The notes beneath the pieces were generated by a model, which saw nothing but the letters and a program-made list of their open reading frames with translations, ran no database searches and was not told where the DNA came from. The position numbers and the translations under genes are program-made. A stretch of DNA of 64,000 nt. Source: an uncultured Actinomycetes bacterium. Lineage in GTDB: Bacteria; Actinomycetota; Thermoleophilia; Gaiellales; Gaiellaceae. The DNA is taken from the NCBI GenBank assembly GCA_963833655.1, contig CAWHYL010000003.1, positions 160,100-224,099 on the forward strand, read 5' to 3'. Below, in pieces: positions 59,794 through 64,000 of the stretch; within the stretch, counting starts at the first letter, position 1; each line of letters opens with the position of its first letter.

Positions 59794-59890
59794 GTTGGAA
59801 CGCTCCTCTCGCTCGCCGGGACGGCCGGATTCTACCCGCGCGACGCGTAACGAAGCCCATCCCGATGCCGTTTCGATAGCTTGCTCTGTA

Positions 59891-61576
59891 GTGGAAGCCA
59901 AGCACGACGTTCTCATCGTCGGTGCGGGCTGCGCGGGCATGCGCGCGGCCATCGAGGCGTTCGATGCCGGCGCCGACGTCGCGCTTCTCTCCAAGATCCA
60001 TCCCGTCCGGAGCCACTCCGGGGCCGCCGAGGGCGGGATCAACGCGGCGCTCGGGAACGCCTCCGAGGACAACCCGGAGATCCACGCCTTCGACACGGTC
60101 AAGGGGTCGGACTACCTCGGTGACCAGGACGCGATCGAGATCCTGTGCGACGAGGCGCCCGGCGACGTCTACCAGCTCGAGAACTGGGGGGCCGTGTTCT
60201 CGCGGACCGAGGACGGCCGGATCGCGCAGCGTCCCTTCGGCGCGGCCGGCGCGCCCCGCACGGCGTACGCCGCCGACATCACGGGCCACGTGCTCGTCCA
60301 CGTCCTCTACGAGCAGGTGATGAAGCGGGAGATCCCGGCGTACGAGGAGTACTTCGCCTGGAAGCTCGTCATGAACGACGGCCGCTGCCAGGGTGTGATC
60401 GCGTGGGACCTGCTCAACGGCGGGCTCAAGTCGATCGGCGCCAAGACCGTCATCCTCGCGACCGGCGGCGCCGGACGCCTCTACGTCGGCACGACGAACG
60501 CATACTCGTGCACCGGCGACGGCATGGCGCTGGCGCTGCAGGTCGGCGTGCCGTTGAAGGACATGGAGATGATGCAGTTCCACCCGACGACGCTCGCGCC
60601 GACGGGGGTGCTGATCACGGAGGGCTGCCGCGGCGAGGGCGCCTACCTCCTCAACTCGGAGAACGATCGCTTCCTGAAGCGCTACGCGCCGAACGCGATG
60701 GAGCTCGCGTCGCGCGACGTGATCTCACGCGCGGAGCAGACCGAGATCGACGAGGGCCGCGGCGTCGACGGCAACGTCCTGCTCGACCTGCGCCACCTCG
60801 GCGCCGACCGCATCCTCGAGCGGCTGCACGGCACGCGTGAGCTGTCGATGACGTTCGCGGGCGTCGACCCGATCTACGAGCCGATCCCGGTGCGCCCGGG
60901 CTCCCACTACCACATGGGCGGTGTCGACACCGATGTCTGGGGACGCACGAACATCGAGGGCCTGTACGCCGCGGGTGAGTGCGCGTGCGTGTCCGTCCAC
61001 GGCGCGAACCGTCTCGGCGGCAACGCGCTGATGGAGACGATCACCTACGGCAAGCGAACCGGCCGGCACGCTGCCGAGTGGGCGCTCGCCAACACGACGG
61101 TCGAGGTGCCGCCGTCCACCGAAGCCGATGCGGAGCGCGAGCTGAAGGAGCTGCTCGACCGCGCGCAGGGCGAGCGGCCGTGGAAGATCCGCGACGAGCT
61201 CGCGCAGACGATGCACGAGAACTTCGGCGTCTTCCGGCGCGAGGACCAGATGGAGCAGCAGGGGGAGATCGTCCGCGGGCTGCGCGAGCGCTACGAACGA
61301 GTCGTCGTCGAGGACAAGGGGCACGTCTTCAACAACGACCTGACGCAGGCGCTCGAGCTCGGCTTCCTGCTCGAGCTCGCGCAGTGCATGGTCGTCGCCG
61401 GTCTCGCCCGCAAGGAGAGCCGCGGCGCGCACGCGCGTCCCTACGACTTCCCCGACCGCGATGATGAGAACTACATGAGGCACACGCTCGTCTCCCTCGA
61501 CGCCGACGGACGGCCCGAGCTGGAGTGGCGCGACGTCACGGTCACGAAGTGGCAGCCGCAGGAACGGACGTACTAG
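59891..61576 (+). CDS. sdhA: Succinate dehydrogenase/fumarate reductase flavoprotein subunit
   Basis: In-frame GTG 59891. Shows DVLIVGAGCAGMRAA, SHSGAAEGGI (FAD-histidine context), FHPT, CRGEG and HGANRLGGN.L. Confidence 0.93.
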   Translation: MEAKHDVLIVGAGCAGMRAAIEAFDAGADVALLSKIHPVRSHSGAAEGGINAALGNASEDNPEIHAFDTVKGSDYLGDQDAIEILCDEAPGDVYQLENWGAVFSRTEDGRIAQRPFGAAGAPRTAYAADITGHVLVHVLYEQVMKREIPAYEEYFAWKLVMNDGRCQGVIAWDLLNGGLKSIGAKTVILATGGAGRLYVGTTNAYSCTGDGMALALQVGVPLKDMEMMQFHPTTLAPTGVLITEGCRGEGAYLLNSENDRFLKRYAPNAMELASRDVISRAEQTEIDEGRGVDGNVLLDLRHLGADRILERLHGTRELSMTFAGVDPIYEPIPVRPGSHYHMGGVDTDVWGRTNIEGLYAAGECACVSVHGANRLGGNALMETITYGKRTGRHAAEWALANTTVEVPPSTEADAERELKELLDRAQGERPWKIRDELAQTMHENFGVFRREDQMEQQGEIVRGLRERYERVVVEDKGHVFNNDLTQALELGFLLELAQCMVVAGLARKESRGAHARPYDFPDRDDENYMRHTLVSLDADGRPELEWRDVTVTKWQPQERTY

Positions 61577-62238
61577 TGCGGCGCGCGCTCGCCCTGCTCC
61601 TGGTCGTCCTCCCGCTCGCAGCGTGCGGCGGAACCGCGAACCTGGCGTCGCTCGACCCGCTCCAGCAGGCCGCGGACAAGACGACGAACGTCGCCGGCGC
61701 GCACTTCCAGCTCTCCGCGCGCATCGCCGCGCTCGGCCAGAGCATGCCGGTCAGTGGCACGGGCGAGATCGCCGACCACGGCCGGAAGCTGCACATGCGT
61801 CTCTCCGTGCCGAACGCGTCTGCGCCGCTTGAGGCCGTCGCCGCCGACGGGTCGTTCTACGTGCGCGGCGGCCCCGTCGACATGTTCGCGAACGGCAAGT
61901 GGCTTCGCGTCAAGGCCGACGACCGAAGCTTCGACCTCGGCCAGGCTGATCCGGCGAAGCTGCTCGAGTACCTCCGGTCGTCGGCGGCGGTCGAGCAGCG
62001 CGGACAGGCGACCGTCAGGGGTGTGCAGACGACCCACTACGTCGCTCGCGTCCGCGTCGGCACGAACCGGGTGCCGCTCGACGTCTGGGTCGACGGCCAG
62101 GGGCTCGTCAGGCGCCTGAGCGTGAACTGGCAGAACGCGAACGCGTCCGTCGACCTGTTCGACTTCGGCGACGTGAACGTCGCCGTGCCGGCAGCTTCGG
62201 ACACGGTTGATCTCTCGAACATGCTTGGAGGCGGATGA
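61576..62238 (+). CDS. Lipoprotein (LolA/LppX-like fold suspected) inserted between sdhA and sdhB
   Basis: GTG 61576 overlaps the sdhA stop (TAGTG) and its stop overlaps the sdhB ATG (ATGA). Signal peptide plus lipobox: RRALALLLVVLPLAAC. Confidence 0.7.
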   Translation: MRRALALLLVVLPLAACGGTANLASLDPLQQAADKTTNVAGAHFQLSARIAALGQSMPVSGTGEIADHGRKLHMRLSVPNASAPLEAVAADGSFYVRGGPVDMFANGKWLRVKADDRSFDLGQADPAKLLEYLRSSAAVEQRGQATVRGVQTTHYVARVRVGTNRVPLDVWVDGQGLVRRLSVNWQNANASVDLFDFGDVNVAVPAASDTVDLSNMLGGG

Positions 62239-63347
62239 GCACCAACGTTGCGCCGGCGCCCGGCTCGACCACGATCGAGCTCGCGCTGAAGATCTGGCGG
62301 TACGACGCCGAGACGGGCGAGAAAGAGCTGAAGCGCTACGAGGTCGAGGCGCCCGACTGGGTGACGCTGCTCGACGTCCTCGACATCATCAAGGACCAGC
62401 AGGACGGGTCGCTCGCGTACCGCAAGAGCTGCCGCATGATGATCTGCGGCTCGTGCGGCATGCGCATGGACGGCGCGGCCGTGCTCGCGTGCAAGACGCG
62501 CATGTACGACATCGCGAAGGCCGGTCACGAGCCCGTCATCTCGCCGATGGGGAACCTGCCGGTCGTCAAGGACCTCGTCGTCGACATGGATCCGTTCTGG
62601 GGGAAGATCCGGTCGGTCAAGCCGTGGCTCGACCCCGGCTACGACGAGGTCGCCGAGAAGGAACGAATCGTCTCGCAGCAGCAGATGAACGTCATCCACA
62701 AGGAAGCGCTCTGCATCATGTGCGGCTGCTGCGTCTCCGAGTGCAACTCGATGGAGTCCGATCCGGAGTTCCTCGGGCCGGCGGCGCTCGCGAAGGGGAT
62801 GCGCTTCGTCGGCGACGCGCGCGATCACGCCGACGTCGAGCGGCTCAACTCGTACAACCAGGAGCACGGGATCTGGGACTGCACGCGCTGCTACTTCTGC
62901 AACGAGCGCTGCCCGAAGGGCGTCGACCCGCGTGATGCGATCGCGAAGCTCGGCGCCGAGTCGATCAAGCAGGGCGTCGACCACGACATGGGCGCCAAGC
63001 ACGCGAAGTGGTTCGTCCGCTCGGCGCTGACGACGGGCTGGCTGCGCGAGACCGAGCTCGTGCCGAAGACGCAGGGGATCGTGTCGGCGATCAAGCAGAC
63101 GAAGTTCGCGCTCGGTCTCGCGAAGAAGGGCAAGGTCCCGCCGCCGTTCCCGCCGCACGTCGCCAAGGACGTCGGCGAGTCGCGGGCGCTCTACAACCTC
63201 GTGAAGGAGCAGGGCCGCGACGGCGCGCTCGGGATCGTCCAGGGCGAGCATGCGCTCGGCCGCATCGAGTTCACCGAGGAGGCGGGCGCGCGCGAGAACG
63301 CGCCGGAGATCCAACCCGGCGTGGAGCCGCCGCACGCAGAGGGATGA
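62235..63347 (+). CDS. sdhB: Succinate dehydrogenase/fumarate reductase iron-sulfur subunit with a roughly 120-aa C-terminal extension
   Basis: 2Fe-2S motif CRMMICGSCGM...C, 4Fe-4S motif CIMCGCCVSEC, and a third cluster motif CTRCYFCNERCP (C-x2-C-x2-C-x3-CP). Confidence 0.9.
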   Translation: MSTNVAPAPGSTTIELALKIWRYDAETGEKELKRYEVEAPDWVTLLDVLDIIKDQQDGSLAYRKSCRMMICGSCGMRMDGAAVLACKTRMYDIAKAGHEPVISPMGNLPVVKDLVVDMDPFWGKIRSVKPWLDPGYDEVAEKERIVSQQQMNVIHKEALCIMCGCCVSECNSMESDPEFLGPAALAKGMRFVGDARDHADVERLNSYNQEHGIWDCTRCYFCNERCPKGVDPRDAIAKLGAESIKQGVDHDMGAKHAKWFVRSALTTGWLRETELVPKTQGIVSAIKQTKFALGLAKKGKVPPPFPPHVAKDVGESRALYNLVKEQGRDGALGIVQGEHALGRIEFTEEAGARENAPEIQPGVEPPHAEG

Positions 63348-64000
63348 GGCGCGTCGCGTACTACAAGGGGTGCCTCGCCTCGCTGTCCGCGAAGGAGCTG
63401 GACTCGTCGACGCAGGCGCTGGCGCCGAAGGTCGGGCTGGAGCTCGTCGAGCTCGAGTCGGTCACGTGCTGCGGCGCCGGCGACATCCACGAGGCCGAGC
63501 CGGACTACTACCTGCATCTGAACTCGCGGATCCTGGCGTACGCCGAGGCGGCCGGGTGCGACACGCTGCTGACGATCTGCAACGTCTGCACGCTGAACCT
63601 GAGGCAGGCCAACTGGCAGCTGAAGAACGACGACGCGCTGCGGCAGCGGGTCAGCGACAACCTGGAGCGCGTCGGCGTGCCGCCGTACAGCGGCGGCGTC
63701 GAGGTGCGGCACCTGCTCTGGGAGATCGCCGACGGCGAGGGCTTCGAGCTGCTCAAGCAGGCGGCGCACAAGGGCCTGAAGGGCCTGAAGGTGGCGCCGT
63801 TCTACGGCTGCCAGATCCTGCGCCCGTCGAAGATCCTCGGCTTCGAGAATCCCGACCGGCCGTGGTCGCTCGAGCGGATCATCGAGGCGTGCGGCGGCGA
63901 GGCGATCGACTACCCGGCGAAGGTCAAGTGCTGCGGCTTTCCGATCATCCAGGCCCGCGAGGAAACGGCCCTCGCCGAGCTGATCCAGCCGATCGAGCAG
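63344..64000 (+). CDS. CCG-domain (HdrB-like) subunit, SdhE-type partner of non-classical succinate:quinone oxidoreductases; 3' end cut by the window edge
   Basis: My own translation from ATG 63344, which overlaps the sdhB stop (ATGA), is open to base 64000. Two CCG motifs are present (VTCCGAG and KVKCCGFP). Not in the ORF track because no stop is reached. Confidence 0.85.
   Translation, partial: MRRVAYYKGCLASLSAKELDSSTQALAPKVGLELVELESVTCCGAGDIHEAEPDYYLHLNSRILAYAEAAGCDTLLTICNVCTLNLRQANWQLKNDDALRQRVSDNLERVGVPPYSGGVEVRHLLWEIADGEGFELLKQAAHKGLKGLKVAPFYGCQILRPSKILGFENPDRPWSLERIIEACGGEAIDYPAKVKCCGFPIIQAREETALAELIQPIEQ

Overview
Very GC-rich (about 70% by eye, not computed) chromosomal segment from a Gram-positive-type lineage. 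MMPL, SARP, AccA/PccB and collagen-like genes suggest a deep-branching Actinomycetota such as Thermoleophilia or Rubrobacteria (inference only). I support about 56 protein genes, one tRNA-Thr, several hairpin terminators and two families of intergenic repeats. There is no rRNA, CRISPR array, transposase or prophage. The backbone follows the Bacillus-type order carD, ispD, ispF, gltX-like, cysS, rlmB, yacP, sigH, followed by central-metabolism genes (pccB, accA-type carboxylase, sucCD, mdh, icd, pckA, sdhAB plus a CCG subunit). Accessory blocks interrupt this backbone. The most interesting one is a 12.5-kb, seven-gene, translationally coupled signalling operon on the minus strand (19826-32382). 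It encodes a 1690-aa soluble poly-HAMP/GAF hybrid kinase, CheR, a receiver-less CheB, a REC-PAS-GAF-PAS kinase, a lone REC, a polytopic PAS/HisKA_3 kinase and a cyclase-homology/REC/LuxR regulator. No CheA, CheW or MCP is present, so the CheR/CheB pair may methylate the poly-HAMP kinase itself. Other notable items: a roughly 150-nt structured repeat in four copies, always just 3' of a co-oriented gene and with compensatory stem changes. GGGGTCWGACCCC palindrome pairs, one inserted in frame inside the carboxylase gene. A frameshifted BclA-like collagen-repeat gene. Three canonical gene pairs (ispD/ispF, sucC/sucD, sdhA/sdhB) each split by an extra, start/stop-overlapping gene. A strongly shortened GluRS at the gltX position. 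A CarD with a histone-H1-like tail. All protein calls rest on motif recognition in the supplied ORF translations; no database search was run.
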